From Candidatus Forterrea multitransposorum CG_2015-17_Forterrea_25_41 (GTDB taxonomy: Archaea > Iainarchaeota > Iainarchaeia > Iainarchaeales > CSSED10-239), in contig CP045477.1 in assembly GCA_009392915.1 (NCBI GenBank), forward strand, positions 768,001-832,000: DNA of 64,000 bases, given 5' to 3'. This document shows, one piece after another, positions 18,209 through 28,769 of this stretch. The position numbers and the translations under genes are program-made. A model generated the notes under the pieces. The model ran no database searches. It saw only the letters and a list, made by a program, of their open reading frames with translations, and was not told the origin of the DNA. How positions within the stretch are numbered: the stretch's first letter is position 1; each line of letters begins with the position of its first letter.

Positions 18209-19168
18209 TTATTTTTTATCATCTTTTAAATACGCTTTAATAAATGGTAAATAATTTTTAAGATCATCAGGATCTACTTTATTTGCAACTTTTTTAACAT
18301 CTTTAGTTTTACTAATTGTATCTGTGACTTTATTTAATAAAGATGTAAGCTCCATTGGAAAAATAATTTTAGAAGATTGTCCTTCTGCCATTTTTTCTAA
18401 AGCTTTTAAATAATAATAGATAACTGTTTTTTCTGATAATTGATCAGTTGCATCTTTAACAGCTAAAATTTTTGCTTTTTCAGATTCTGCAAGTTCATAA
18501 ACAGCTAGTTTTTTCTGAACTGCTGCTTTTTGTTCGTGCATTGCCATTAAAATATCATCTGGTATTTTAATATCAGTAAGTTCAACAGAAGTTACTTTTA
18601 CACCCCATTCTTTAGAAACACTTTCTAAGGCTTTTTTAAGTTTAGTATTAATCTCTTCAATGTTTGTAATTACTTCTGTAATTTCAAATTCACCCACAAC
18701 ATCTCTAAGCATTGCAATAACATACATTGTTGATGCTTTTCTATAATCTTCAACACTAACTATAGAATTAATTATGCTTTCTTTATCATTTCTAACAGAT
18801 ATAAATAATACACCATCTATTCTAAGTTGGATGTTATCTTTTGTTAAAACATTTTGTGGAGGAATGTCCATGGTTTCTACTCTTAAAGTTACAAGGTTTG
18901 GTTTTTCAATCAATGGCCATACAAAAGTCCATCCTGGTCCTCCAACTCTTCTAACTTTTCCAAATCTAAAAATTACTGCTCTTTCATAATCTTTTAAAGT
19001 AAGTATTATTTTTAATTTAAATATTAAGAATATAAAAAACACAATTCCTAAAAACCAAAAAACACTAGTTTGTATTTTTTGACTTAAATAAAAAATAGCG
19101 ATTATTAAACCTAAAACAAAAAGGGTCAATATTGTAAAGATAAAATTTTTAAATTTAGATTCATTCAT
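18209..19168 (-). CDS. SPFH/band-7 (stomatin/prohibitin-like) membrane protein
   Basis: N-terminal TM segment followed by an SPFH core (RAVIFRFGKVRRVGGPGWTFVWPLIEK, QLRIDGVLF). Confidence 0.75.
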   Translation of the reverse strand: MNESKFKNFIFTILTLFVLGLIIAIFYLSQKIQTSVFWFLGIVFFIFLIFKLKIILTLKDYERAVIFRFGKVRRVGGPGWTFVWPLIEKPNLVTLRVETMDIPPQNVLTKDNIQLRIDGVLFISVRNDKESIINSIVSVEDYRKASTMYVIAMLRDVVGEFEITEVITNIEEINTKLKKALESVSKEWGVKVTSVELTDIKIPDDILMAMHEQKAAVQKKLAVYELAESEKAKILAVKDATDQLSEKTVIYYYLKALEKMAEGQSSKIIFPMELTSLLNKVTDTISKTKDVKKVANKVDPDDLKNYLPFIKAYLKDDKK

Positions 19169-19213
19169 AGAATATTCATTTTTATAAGTTTATGTAAATA
19201 AATTAAATTACAA

Positions 19214-20551
19214 TTGTTTTATATATTTTTCTATATTATATATTTTGGAGTACTCATGGCTAAATCTAAAAAATCAGAAACTAATAAAACTAATGAAGTG
19301 AAAATAGTTTCTCAAACAATCTCTGATGAGATTTTAGATCAAGAAAAGATATTAGTCGTATGTGTAGATAGAGATAATGATATTGGTCAAAAAATTAATG
19401 TTACTGGTCCAATCATTGGTTTTAAAAATAATGTAAAGGTTGTTACTAATTTTGGAATTGCAGATCCTGAAGATTCAGATGCAAATTGTATTTTTGGTGG
19501 TTTGAAAGTTTATAAAAAATTAGAAAGTAATACTGATGTTGAAATTGTAACATTAACAGGACATTCAAAAGAAAATATTTTATTTTCTGATAAAAATATA
19601 GCTAATCAATTAAAACAAGTATTGTCTGTTTATCCTGCAACAGGTGTTGTTTTTGTAAGTGATGGTGCAGAAGATGATCAAGTAATTCCATTAATTCAAA
19701 ATTTTGTACCTATAATTTCTAAAGAAACAGTAATTGTTAGACAATCTAAAAGTTTAGAAAGTACCTTTTATACAATAAAAAGAGCTTTAAAAGATCCTTT
19801 TTTTGCAAGAGTTGTTTATGGTGTTCCTGCAATTGCTTTATTGTTATTTGTTTTCTTTAGGGCTTATGCTTTACAGATTGTTGCTTTTTTACTAGGAATG
19901 TATTTTTTAGTAAAAGGTTTTAGTTTAGATAAAAAAATAATTTCTTTTTTTAAAAATGTTACAAATAAATTTTCAATATACAGGATAAGTCTTCCTTTTT
20001 ATCTTGCATTTATTTTCTTTTTAATCTTTGCAATTATTAAAGGATTAAATCTTTATTATCAAAATCAATATTTTGATTATTTGTTTATTATTGTTTCTTC
20101 TATTAGATCTGTACTTTTACAAATAGTTATTGCTTTTGTACTTTTAGTTATAGGTTCAATAATTGATTTATTCTATTTGAAAAAAATGTTTAATTTAGGT
20201 AAAAATATTTTTGCTTTGTTTTTTATAATTATATTTTCAATAATTGTTGATTTTGCTTTACAATTTATAATTCAAGATATAAATATTTCATTCTTTTTAT
20301 TAGTGGTAATCTTTGGATCAATCCTTTTAGTTTTAGTAAGTAGATTTACTGTTCTATTTGATGTGAACTTTAAAGTTAGTCCTCTTTTAGTCGGGCTTTC
20401 AGTCTATTCTAAGTATGGTTTGTTTTTAGGAGAAGTAACTGGTGTAGATGATAAGAGAAAAGTTTTAAGATATAAGGAAAAGAACACTGAAAAAGTAAAA
20501 ACTATTTCTGAAAAGAACTTTGTTTTAGAAAATGGTACTATTCTAATCTAA
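19214..20551 (+). CDS. Polytopic membrane protein with an N-terminal soluble domain (DUF373-like?)
   Basis: About 150 aa of polar sequence followed by at least 6 hydrophobic segments. Confidence 0.35.
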   Translation: MFYIFFYIIYFGVLMAKSKKSETNKTNEVKIVSQTISDEILDQEKILVVCVDRDNDIGQKINVTGPIIGFKNNVKVVTNFGIADPEDSDANCIFGGLKVYKKLESNTDVEIVTLTGHSKENILFSDKNIANQLKQVLSVYPATGVVFVSDGAEDDQVIPLIQNFVPIISKETVIVRQSKSLESTFYTIKRALKDPFFARVVYGVPAIALLLFVFFRAYALQIVAFLLGMYFLVKGFSLDKKIISFFKNVTNKFSIYRISLPFYLAFIFFLIFAIIKGLNLYYQNQYFDYLFIIVSSIRSVLLQIVIAFVLLVIGSIIDLFYLKKMFNLGKNIFALFFIIIFSIIVDFALQFIIQDINISFFLLVVIFGSILLVLVSRFTVLFDVNFKVSPLLVGLSVYSKYGLFLGEVTGVDDKRKVLRYKEKNTEKVKTISEKNFVLENGTILI

Positions 20552-20767
20552 GTTAACATCAATAGTAAGTTGATTTTCACAAATATTTAATTGATCTATA
20601 CAATTATTGATTTCTTTATTTAATATTTGAATCTCATTAAAACTAGGGTTATTTTTATTTTTTGTAAACAAATTTCCAGAAAAAACAATTGCACCAAGTA
20701 TAAACCCAACAATAAGGCTTACAACAATTATAATAATAGTAGTTTTTGAGTATTTTTCACTATCCAT
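20543..20767 (-). CDS. Small single-TM protein
   Basis: TTIIIIVVSLIVGFILGAIVF. Short ORF, weak support. Confidence 0.25.
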   Translation of the reverse strand: MDSEKYSKTTIIIIVVSLIVGFILGAIVFSGNLFTKNKNNPSFNEIQILNKEINNCIDQLNICENQLTIDVNLD

Positions 20768-20951
20768 AAATTTTTCACATTTAAATATTATCTATGAGTG
20801 TATGTTTTTAAAAACATTAGTTTATTTATTAGTTTGTATTCTAAACTATAATTTTAAAGCAATTAGTTAATCTAAACCGATGCATTTATAAATCTAATTA
20901 CTAACATATTAATATAATTTTTATATTTAAAATTAAAGTGAGGAATTAACT

Positions 20952-21212
20952 ATGTACAAATATGCTATTGCAAGACAACTTGCTACAAAAAAATTAATTA
21001 CAAACAGAGGAGACAATATCGGACGTTTAATTGATTTAATGGTAAATGAACAATCAGGAGAAATAGAATCTATTTTAGTTGAAGTAGATCCTGCATCTGC
21101 ATTTATACAAAAATTAAGTTTACAAGGAAACATGCTTGAGATACCTTACAAGAGTGTTTTAGCTGTAAGTGATGTTTTTATAGTAGACGAAGGTCAAGTA
21201 CAAAAAGAATAA
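20952..21212 (+). CDS. PRC-barrel domain protein (paralog of 941..1303)
   Basis: GDNIGRLIDLMVNEQSGEIESILVEV shows the PRC-barrel pattern. Preceded by a GAGG-like ribosome-binding site. Confidence 0.5.
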   Translation: MYKYAIARQLATKKLITNRGDNIGRLIDLMVNEQSGEIESILVEVDPASAFIQKLSLQGNMLEIPYKSVLAVSDVFIVDEGQVQKE

Positions 21213-21220
21213 ATTTTTAT

Positions 21221-22267
21221 TTATTCTTTCTTCTCTATTGTATATGTCTTTTTCTTTTGATTAATTTCAGTAATATATAGTTTAATATTTTTTTCTTCTA
21301 AATAATTATTTATTTTTAAAATAATTTCTTTAGAATCTATTTTTTTAAAAGTAGCTTTTTCAATAATTTTATTTATTTGGTCTACAAGTGTAAAATTAGA
21401 ATAAATAAATTCTCCTTCTTTTTCAAGAGTCTTTATTTTTTCTTCAAACTGTTCTTTTTTATCTTCTTGTGATTTTAGTATTTCTGAAACTTTGTTTTTT
21501 TTAATAGTTTCTTTAACTTCTTCTTTTTTTTCAAAGAAATTTTTAAACTCGTTTTCAAAAGAATTAAATATATCTTCTCCATCTCTTGAAATTATAAAAC
21601 TATTTTTATTATTTTTATTGATTTTTTTTACCCCTGGGTTTTCAAGCTCATAATTTTGGTAAATATTTTCAATTAATTGCTTTTTAGAATCTAATATATC
21701 ATTAATTTCCATAGGAGCAATATTATATTTTCTTGAAAGCACTCTAATTTTTTCAGGATCTGTTAAATCTTTTAATTCTTCTTCTATTTCTTTTTTATTT
21801 TTAAGTTTAATATCTTCTCCAGAAGGGAAATTATAAGTTTCTCCTTTCTGAATAGTTCTATCTTTCCATTCTTCTTTTTGTCTTGAGGTTATTATCTTAA
21901 AATTTTCATCTGTTAAAATTACATTTGATTTTGAAAAGAATTCAAATATTAAATAATATTTATCAAGTTTAAAACAAATTACTTTATTATTTTTATCTTG
22001 ATAGATATCATGTATTCTTTGATTATATAATTTTTTTTTAAGATATTTTTCAAATCCTAAAATTTCTGAAACTGGAAAAGTATGTTTTGGTAAAAAACAT
22101 ATTTCAGGAGTTATAATTAGTTCTTTTGTTTTTTTAGAATGTATTTTTATTTTCCATATCTTGTTATCAATAGTCTGCACATTATTAATATATCCTAAAT
22201 TAAATTCTTCTTTTAATTTTTTAGCGATATAATAAAAAACAGTACTTGTGGTTTGTATATTTTCCAT
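21221..22267 (-). CDS. NFACT-N domain protein (Rqc2/NEMF/FbpA N-terminal-like); no NFACT-R domain
   Basis: The pattern ICFLPKHTFPV...RIHDIYQDKNNKVICFKL...YLIFEFFSKSNVILTDENFKII fits NFACT-N (Q..DRil.l.f ... LivElfg.gNiiL.d). Confidence 0.45.
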   Translation of the reverse strand: MENIQTTSTVFYYIAKKLKEEFNLGYINNVQTIDNKIWKIKIHSKKTKELIITPEICFLPKHTFPVSEILGFEKYLKKKLYNQRIHDIYQDKNNKVICFKLDKYYLIFEFFSKSNVILTDENFKIITSRQKEEWKDRTIQKGETYNFPSGEDIKLKNKKEIEEELKDLTDPEKIRVLSRKYNIAPMEINDILDSKKQLIENIYQNYELENPGVKKINKNNKNSFIISRDGEDIFNSFENEFKNFFEKKEEVKETIKKNKVSEILKSQEDKKEQFEEKIKTLEKEGEFIYSNFTLVDQINKIIEKATFKKIDSKEIILKINNYLEEKNIKLYITEINQKKKTYTIEKKE

Positions 22268-22270
22268 AAA

Positions 22271-23335
22271 TTATTCATTACTATAATCTGTATATTCTAG
22301 GTTGTTATAAGAATATATTTTTTTAACTATTTTTTTATTGTTAAACCTATATTCTTCATAAAGTTTGTTTACATCAGTATTTTTATAAGTATCCATAGGT
22401 ATATTTTGAACAATATCTAAAATATAATAAGTTTCTTTAATCTTTGTACTTACAAAAGAATGTACTTTATCATCTTCAAGTAAAACTACTTCTATGCTTG
22501 ATAAGTTATCTTGCATTCCTTGCATTACAGAACAAAGAATAACTGATATTGTTTGTTCATCGCAAATTTTTTCAGAAATAATTTTTGAAAAATCCATCCA
22601 AAAAATAACTTTTAAATCATTTTCAATAACATCAATTTCTGTTCTTAGATAATTATATATTTTTCTAAGTGTTGTTAAATAATCTTTATTATAATCATAA
22701 GCAATTGGTGTGAATTTTGAAATTATACTTTTTATTGTTAAATCATTTGGTTTTACCATTTCTTTAAGTTGAGAAATAGTTTTTCTTTCATCTTCGTTTA
22801 TTAAATCTTTATATTTATTAATAATTATTGAATAATATTTAATTTTATTAATATCTTCTTCGCTAGCTTTTGTTTCTGTATTTTTTTTAATATTTTTAAT
22901 AAAATCTTCAAGTTCTTTAATTCTTTCTTTTAAATTTAAATTTTCAACTTCAAGTTCACTAACATCTCCTTTTATTTTAAGATTTTTAAATCTTAGTTCT
23001 TCTTCAGGAGAGTCATCTTTTTGTATTTTTGTAAGGTTTGAAACTTCTAAATTAATTTTAGTTTCTATTTTTTTAAGTTCGTCATTAATTTCTTTTAATG
23101 TTTTTGAATATATTGATTCATCAATACTTTTTGCTGTATATCTATAAGAAAGTTCTTTTTTTTGTTCTAAAAGTTCTTTTTTCTTAGTATTTAAATTTTC
23201 AATAATCTGCCATGTTTTTTGTTCTTTGTTAATAGGGTCTTTTTTCTTAACTCTTAAATTAACTATAGCTATAATTGTACCAAATGACAAAAATATAAAA
23301 ATTATTATTAATATCTGTGAAAAATTAATTGACAT
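22271..23335 (-). CDS. Membrane-anchored coiled-coil protein with a possible C-terminal transglutaminase-like Cys-His-Asp core
   Basis: N-terminal TM segment, coiled-coil middle, C-terminal ICDEQTISVILCSVMQG ... VHSF ... YILD. Confidence 0.3.
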   Translation of the reverse strand: MSINFSQILIIIFIFLSFGTIIAIVNLRVKKKDPINKEQKTWQIIENLNTKKKELLEQKKELSYRYTAKSIDESIYSKTLKEINDELKKIETKINLEVSNLTKIQKDDSPEEELRFKNLKIKGDVSELEVENLNLKERIKELEDFIKNIKKNTETKASEEDINKIKYYSIIINKYKDLINEDERKTISQLKEMVKPNDLTIKSIISKFTPIAYDYNKDYLTTLRKIYNYLRTEIDVIENDLKVIFWMDFSKIISEKICDEQTISVILCSVMQGMQDNLSSIEVVLLEDDKVHSFVSTKIKETYYILDIVQNIPMDTYKNTDVNKLYEEYRFNNKKIVKKIYSYNNLEYTDYSNE

Positions 23336-23626
23336 ATTCTTTCTTTACCTCTAATAATATATTATAGGTTTAGGTTTATATAGTTTTTCATTTTATATAT
23401 TATTATTTTTTATATTTAATAGTAAAGAGGTTAGCTTTGGTTTCCTTAATATATCTATTTAAAAATACTTTGGTTTAACTAATATATATACTTATAAGAC
23501 ACTATTTATAGTAAAATGTGTTTTGTAAATTTATCTTGTTTTTTACAAAAATTACAAGAAAAATTTATGTTTTTATTTTAAAAAAACAAAAAAATTAATT
23601 TAAATCAAAATAACGGAGGAATAAAT

Positions 23627-24904
23627 ATGGCAGGTGAAAAACCACATATTAACACAATTTTCATTGGTCACGTTGATCAAGGTAAATCAACATTAGTTGG
23701 AAGATTAATGTACGACACTGGATCTTTATCAGAACAAGATTACAGAAAACTTGAAGCTATTGCTCAAGAGAAAGGTAAAGGAACTTTCGCTTTCGCTTAC
23801 ATGATGGACACATTAAAAGAAGAAAGAGAAAGAGGAATTACTATCGATGTTAATTATAAAAAATTTGATACTAAGAAAAACTTTTTCACAGTTATTGACG
23901 CTCCTGGTCACCAAGACTATATTAAAAATATGATTACAGGTACATCTCAAGCAGATGCTGCTGTTTTACTTGTTGGTGCTAAAGAAGGTATCATGGCTCA
24001 AACAAAAGAACACTCATACCTTGCAAAAGTATTAGGAATTAATCAATTAATTGTTGCTGTTAACAAAATGGATGAAATTGAATATAAAGAAGAAAGATTC
24101 AATGAAGTTAAAGATGAAGTTAGCAAATTATTAAAAGGAATTGGTTACAAAGACGAAATGTATAAAGTAATTCCTGTATCAGCATGGATGGGAGATAACG
24201 TTGCTAAAAAATCTGAAAAATTAGCATGGTTTAAAGGTCAAACTCTTTTAGAAGCAATGGATGAATTTAAAGCTCCAGCATCAGCTGCAGATAAACCATT
24301 AAGACTTCCTGTTCAAGATGTTTACAATATCAAAGGTGTAGGAACTGTTCCAGTTGGTAAAGTTTCAACAGGTGTTATGAAACCTAATGATAAAATTATT
24401 ATTAATCCTGAAGGTACATTAACAGATGTTAAATCAATTGAACAACACCACGAACAATTACCTCAAGCAAATCCTGGTGATAATGTTGGTTTCAACTTAA
24501 GAAAAGTTGGTCCTAAAGACATTAGAAGAGGATCTGTAATTGGACACGAGTCAAATCCACCAAAAATTGCAGAAGAATTTACAGCACAAATCATTGTTAT
24601 AAACCACCCTTCAGCAATAACAGTTGGATACACACCAGTATTCCACATACACACAGCTCAAATCTCTTGTACTTTCACAGAACTTGTAAGAACACTTGAT
24701 ACAAAATCTGGTGGAACAAAAGAAGAAAATCCAAAATTCTTAAAAACAGGAGATGCTGCAATTGTAAAAATTAAACCAACTCAACCTTTAGTTGCAGAAG
24801 CATTCAAAGACTATCCACAACTTGGTAGACTTGCAATAAGAGACATGGGTAAAACAGTTGCTGCTGGTGTTATTATAGAAGTTAAGGAGAAAGTAAAGAA
24901 GTAA
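23627..24904 (+). CDS. tuf: Translation elongation factor 1-alpha
   Basis: GHVDQGKST, DAPGHQDY, NKMD. Confidence 0.95.
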   Translation: MAGEKPHINTIFIGHVDQGKSTLVGRLMYDTGSLSEQDYRKLEAIAQEKGKGTFAFAYMMDTLKEERERGITIDVNYKKFDTKKNFFTVIDAPGHQDYIKNMITGTSQADAAVLLVGAKEGIMAQTKEHSYLAKVLGINQLIVAVNKMDEIEYKEERFNEVKDEVSKLLKGIGYKDEMYKVIPVSAWMGDNVAKKSEKLAWFKGQTLLEAMDEFKAPASAADKPLRLPVQDVYNIKGVGTVPVGKVSTGVMKPNDKIIINPEGTLTDVKSIEQHHEQLPQANPGDNVGFNLRKVGPKDIRRGSVIGHESNPPKIAEEFTAQIIVINHPSAITVGYTPVFHIHTAQISCTFTELVRTLDTKSGGTKEENPKFLKTGDAAIVKIKPTQPLVAEAFKDYPQLGRLAIRDMGKTVAAGVIIEVKEKVKK

Positions 24905-24965
24905 ATTTTTTAAATTTACTTTTTTCTTTTTTTATATTTTTTAAAAGAAGGGAGTTTGAGATTTT

Positions 24966-25274
24966 ATGCAGACAGCAAGAATTGTTTTAACAAGTACTGA
25001 TTATGAAAAACTCACCGACTTTTGTAATAACTTGATAGATGTTGCAAAAAGAGCAGGTGTTAAACATTCTGGAATAATACCTTTAAAGACAAAAAAATTA
25101 GTTGTTCCAACAAGAAGAGGTGTTTCTGGTGGAGGAACTGAGACTTATCAAAAATTTCAATTAAGAATTCATAAAAGAATTATTGATGTTAAGGCTGATG
25201 ATAAAATCTTAAGAAAAGTTATTAGGGTTGAAGTTCCATCTGATATCCAAATGGGTATCGAGCTTAAAGAATAA
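24966..25274 (+). CDS. rps10: 30S ribosomal protein S10 (uS10)
   Basis: ARIVLTSTDYEKLTDF...GIIPLKTKKLVVPTRRGVSGGGTETYQKFQLRIHKRIIDV. Confidence 0.9.
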   Translation: MQTARIVLTSTDYEKLTDFCNNLIDVAKRAGVKHSGIIPLKTKKLVVPTRRGVSGGGTETYQKFQLRIHKRIIDVKADDKILRKVIRVEVPSDIQMGIELKE

Positions 25275-25307
25275 TTTTTCTTTAAGTTTTTTTTCTATTT
25301 TTTTTAT

Positions 25308-28300
25308 TTAAAAAAAGTTAGATAAAGATTTCTGTTTCATTTCTTCTTTATCAACAAACAGAGAATTAATATCTTCTTCAGCTAGAATTACTTTCTGATA
25401 AAGATAAGGTTTTAATTCATATTTTTTAATTAAGTTTTTTGCAACTTCTAAATATTTTTTAATAGAACCTTCATGTATTGTCATTACAAGTTTACCTGAA
25501 CAATTAAGACAAATACCAGAAAGAGGAATTCTTCTATACTTAGAATTACATTTAATACATCTTAGTCCTTGACGAGCAAAAGCTCTGGTGTTACCAATAA
25601 TGTCTGGGAATAAGTGATAGTGTAATAATCTTTCAAGAGCATCTTTATTATCTACTGCTCTTATCTTTTTTTGAAGTTCTGCTTGTCTATCAACTTTATC
25701 TTGCATAGATTTAATTGTAAGGTAAGCACTCATTTTTGGTCCTTCATCAAAAATAGAAGTATCATGTGTAAACTTCATACAAGTATATTGATCTTCAGTT
25801 CCTAGATAATCAGAAACATATTTTAAATTTTTATCATCAGCATCTAAAAATCTTTTAGAGTTTTGATAAAATTCAAAAGGATATTCTGTAGCTGTTTCAA
25901 TTTCATAACACTCATCATCAATTTCATAAGGGTTAACAACAGTTGTAAAAGCAATAGGTGCATCCATTCTTCCACCTCTACCTTTACTTAAATATTTAGG
26001 TGAAAAATTTAATAATGCATCCATTAAAAGCATTATTGAGTCTTGATCTCCATCTACATTTCTTCTTTTAGCTGTAATAAAAAAAGGATGTCCAAAACAA
26101 AGTCTTGCTTTTGAAAAACCTAATATTCTTCCTACAATTCCAGCTGATGTGTGTGGTGCAAGACCAATTACAAGTTCACCAATTAATTCTTCTTTGTCTT
26201 TAAAATTAAAATATTTTTCTTTTTTATAAAATTTTTCTAAAAGATCATCAATAAATCTTGTAATTTTTAAAAAATATTCAGCAGTGTGATCTGAAATAAT
26301 TATGTCTTGTGGAAAAAGATCAATTATTTGATTTTCATCTTTTATTTCTTTTCCTTGATAATCTATAACATAACCTAGTTCTTTAACTTTTTCAACAGTT
26401 AGGTTAAGTTCTTTAGGTTTAAATTGAGTGATGGTTGCATTTAATGCTTCATATCTAATTGTTCCATCTCTAAAAACATAAAGTCCGTGTTTACTTCTTA
26501 ATATTCCTTTTTCAAGAGCTTCTGTATATTTTTCTTGACTTGCAAGTTCTTTAAAACCTTTTAAAGTCTCAGGCACACCAACACCAAGATTATTAATTGC
26601 TTTTTTAATAAGGTCATCTAAATTTACTTTATTATTTATTTTTGCTCTTCCTTCTTCATTACATACAGGACAAGTTTTATTAAAACTAATTTTTTTACAA
26701 CTATAACATTCATATAGTTCTTTAGTTCTTTGATCACACTCTAAGCAGTAAGGTGTAAACATTATTTTTTTACAACTTTCACATTGATATCCTTTGACTT
26801 TAATATCCATGCTTCCAGAATAGTTTTTCTTAGAATCAATTGTTTTTAATAGATCTCTATTGTTTCCAAAACCTTCTCCAACAGGAAAAATAGTTGCACT
26901 TTTACCTGGCAAAATTCTTTCGTGTGCAGCTTCTGGTCTTCCCATTCTTGCTCCAATAAAACTTCCTGCTTTTTCATTTATTTTTAATTTTGAAATTATT
27001 GTTAATTTTTCAACAATTGTTTTTTGTTTATCTTCTAAAACTTCTTTAAATTCTTCAAGAGGATTTGTTGCATTAAGTGCACCAAGAGTTTTTAAAAAAG
27101 GATATGCTATTTCTTTTTCAAGTAATATTTTATTTTCTTCTAGAAGATATTTATGTTCAACACCTATTTTTTCTAAAATACTTTTTATAACATTATTTGT
27201 TTTTATTTTTGCACCAATAATTTTATCTTCTAAAAATATTTTTTCTGCAGTTCTAAATTTTTCAATAAGTATTTTTAGTTCTTCATTATCAAGAAGTGAA
27301 TAATAGGCAATGTATTTTGGATATAAAGAAACTTTATACTTTAAACTTAAACTAATTGCTTTATAAGGATCTGGGTTTTTATAAAATTCATACAGATTTT
27401 CAAAATCATCTTCTGTTATTTCTTCTTTTCTTAAAAGATATTTCATTTCAGAAAGCCATTCTTCTTCAACATATCCTGCTTTAATTAAAGGATGTCCACT
27501 TTTTTTAAAGTCTCCAATATTAATTAAAATATCTCCTAAAAAAAGTATTTTTTCTATTGATTCTCTATGTTTTAAAGCTTCTTTAACATTATTAATTTTA
27601 ATTACATCTTTATTTTTTAATCTTACAATTGGACCTTCGATACTATCACATGGAAAATACTGTAAAGACTTTCCTGGTCTTTCAATTCTGCCGTGTGTTC
27701 CAACTGCTATAAATTCTTCTAAAATATACATGGTTGCAGGGTTTATTGCTTTTGCCATAAGCCCAGTTGTTCTTGTTTTACCATACCTAAGTCTAAATCC
27801 TCCAGGTACTAAAGGGTATGAGAAAACTGGTCTTCCTGCTGCAAGTCCTTCTAGATATTTTGTTGAAGGTTTAAGTTCAAAAGAACCTTCTGAGGTTTTT
27901 TTAACTTTAATTAATTTTTCAAGCCAAGACCAATCAAGTCCTAATACTTTACTTGTTTTTAATATTTTCATGGCTCTAACATAAACACCATCAATCATTA
28001 CAAGACACATTGCACCTCTTACTCTGTTTGTTTTAATTCTTTCAAGATCTCTGTTTACCATTAATTCAACATCACTATCAGGACCACTATTAATACACAC
28101 AGGGCAATTTTCTGCAATTACTCTTATTTCATCTTCAGTAACTCTTTGTTGTCTAACAACAACATCTGATTGATAAATCATATTTTCTTCAATTAATCTA
28201 TCAACTTCTTGTTTTGAAGGTTTATATCTATCTAGATGTAGTTTTTTTCTTGCAAGGTCTGCAAGAAGTACAGGTAAGGTTTGTGCATTTCCTCCTGCAG

Positions 28301-28754
28301 CTCTAATAGGTCCTGCAAAATAAATATCAGGATATTTTGAACCATCTGGATTTGTTGAAATTTTTATTTCTGGAAGTCCATCTAAGGGAGAAACAACAAC
28401 TCCGTCTGTTTGAATAACTAAAGCAGTTCTAATTGCTTGTTCTAATCTTTTTTCTGGATCTTCAATTCCACCTAAAGTCCCATCTAAAATTTGATTAAAT
28501 ATATCTAAAGTAACTTTAAATCTATCATGGTTATGTACTTCCCATAGATCATGATATATTTTAGAAACTCCTTTTGGTCCAACTAAAATTTCTGTTTTTT
28601 CAGCAATACCTTGTGCAGGAAATGTTTCTATGTCTGTATCAATATCTCTTCCAGTCTTTCTTGCATCTTTTGCAACATCAACTTGATTATTTATCTTTTC
28701 TGTGAGTTTTTCAAAATATTGAGAAACATCTTTTCTTGCAATTATTTTTATCAT
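25308..28754 (-). CDS. polC: DNA polymerase II (PolD) large subunit DP2; no intein
   Basis: Length and multiple conserved DP2 blocks, including the C-terminal zinc cluster CIKCNSKYRRIPLSGICLNCSG. Confidence 0.9.
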   Translation of the reverse strand: MIKIIARKDVSQYFEKLTEKINNQVDVAKDARKTGRDIDTDIETFPAQGIAEKTEILVGPKGVSKIYHDLWEVHNHDRFKVTLDIFNQILDGTLGGIEDPEKRLEQAIRTALVIQTDGVVVSPLDGLPEIKISTNPDGSKYPDIYFAGPIRAAGGNAQTLPVLLADLARKKLHLDRYKPSKQEVDRLIEENMIYQSDVVVRQQRVTEDEIRVIAENCPVCINSGPDSDVELMVNRDLERIKTNRVRGAMCLVMIDGVYVRAMKILKTSKVLGLDWSWLEKLIKVKKTSEGSFELKPSTKYLEGLAAGRPVFSYPLVPGGFRLRYGKTRTTGLMAKAINPATMYILEEFIAVGTHGRIERPGKSLQYFPCDSIEGPIVRLKNKDVIKINNVKEALKHRESIEKILFLGDILINIGDFKKSGHPLIKAGYVEEEWLSEMKYLLRKEEITEDDFENLYEFYKNPDPYKAISLSLKYKVSLYPKYIAYYSLLDNEELKILIEKFRTAEKIFLEDKIIGAKIKTNNVIKSILEKIGVEHKYLLEENKILLEKEIAYPFLKTLGALNATNPLEEFKEVLEDKQKTIVEKLTIISKLKINEKAGSFIGARMGRPEAAHERILPGKSATIFPVGEGFGNNRDLLKTIDSKKNYSGSMDIKVKGYQCESCKKIMFTPYCLECDQRTKELYECYSCKKISFNKTCPVCNEEGRAKINNKVNLDDLIKKAINNLGVGVPETLKGFKELASQEKYTEALEKGILRSKHGLYVFRDGTIRYEALNATITQFKPKELNLTVEKVKELGYVIDYQGKEIKDENQIIDLFPQDIIISDHTAEYFLKITRFIDDLLEKFYKKEKYFNFKDKEELIGELVIGLAPHTSAGIVGRILGFSKARLCFGHPFFITAKRRNVDGDQDSIMLLMDALLNFSPKYLSKGRGGRMDAPIAFTTVVNPYEIDDECYEIETATEYPFEFYQNSKRFLDADDKNLKYVSDYLGTEDQYTCMKFTHDTSIFDEGPKMSAYLTIKSMQDKVDRQAELQKKIRAVDNKDALERLLHYHLFPDIIGNTRAFARQGLRCIKCNSKYRRIPLSGICLNCSGKLVMTIHEGSIKKYLEVAKNLIKKYELKPYLYQKVILAEEDINSLFVDKEEMKQKSLSNFF

Positions 28755-28769
28755 TTAATATTCTCTTTT

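Noticed and set aside
20933-21133. 66-aa minus-strand ORF overlapping the PRC-barrel gene
   Set aside because: The plus-strand PRC-barrel reading frame has a recognisable domain and a GAGG-like ribosome-binding site. The antisense ORF has neither.
23336-23626. 290-bp spacer upstream of EF-1alpha as a possible ncRNA (for example 7S RNA or RNase P RNA)
   Set aside because: It is uniformly AT-rich with no GC-rich helices. Structured RNAs would stand out compositionally, as the tRNAs do.
25308-28754. Possible intein in the PolD large subunit
   Set aside because: The 1148 aa length is typical of intein-free DP2. No Hint or homing-endonuclease blocks were seen.
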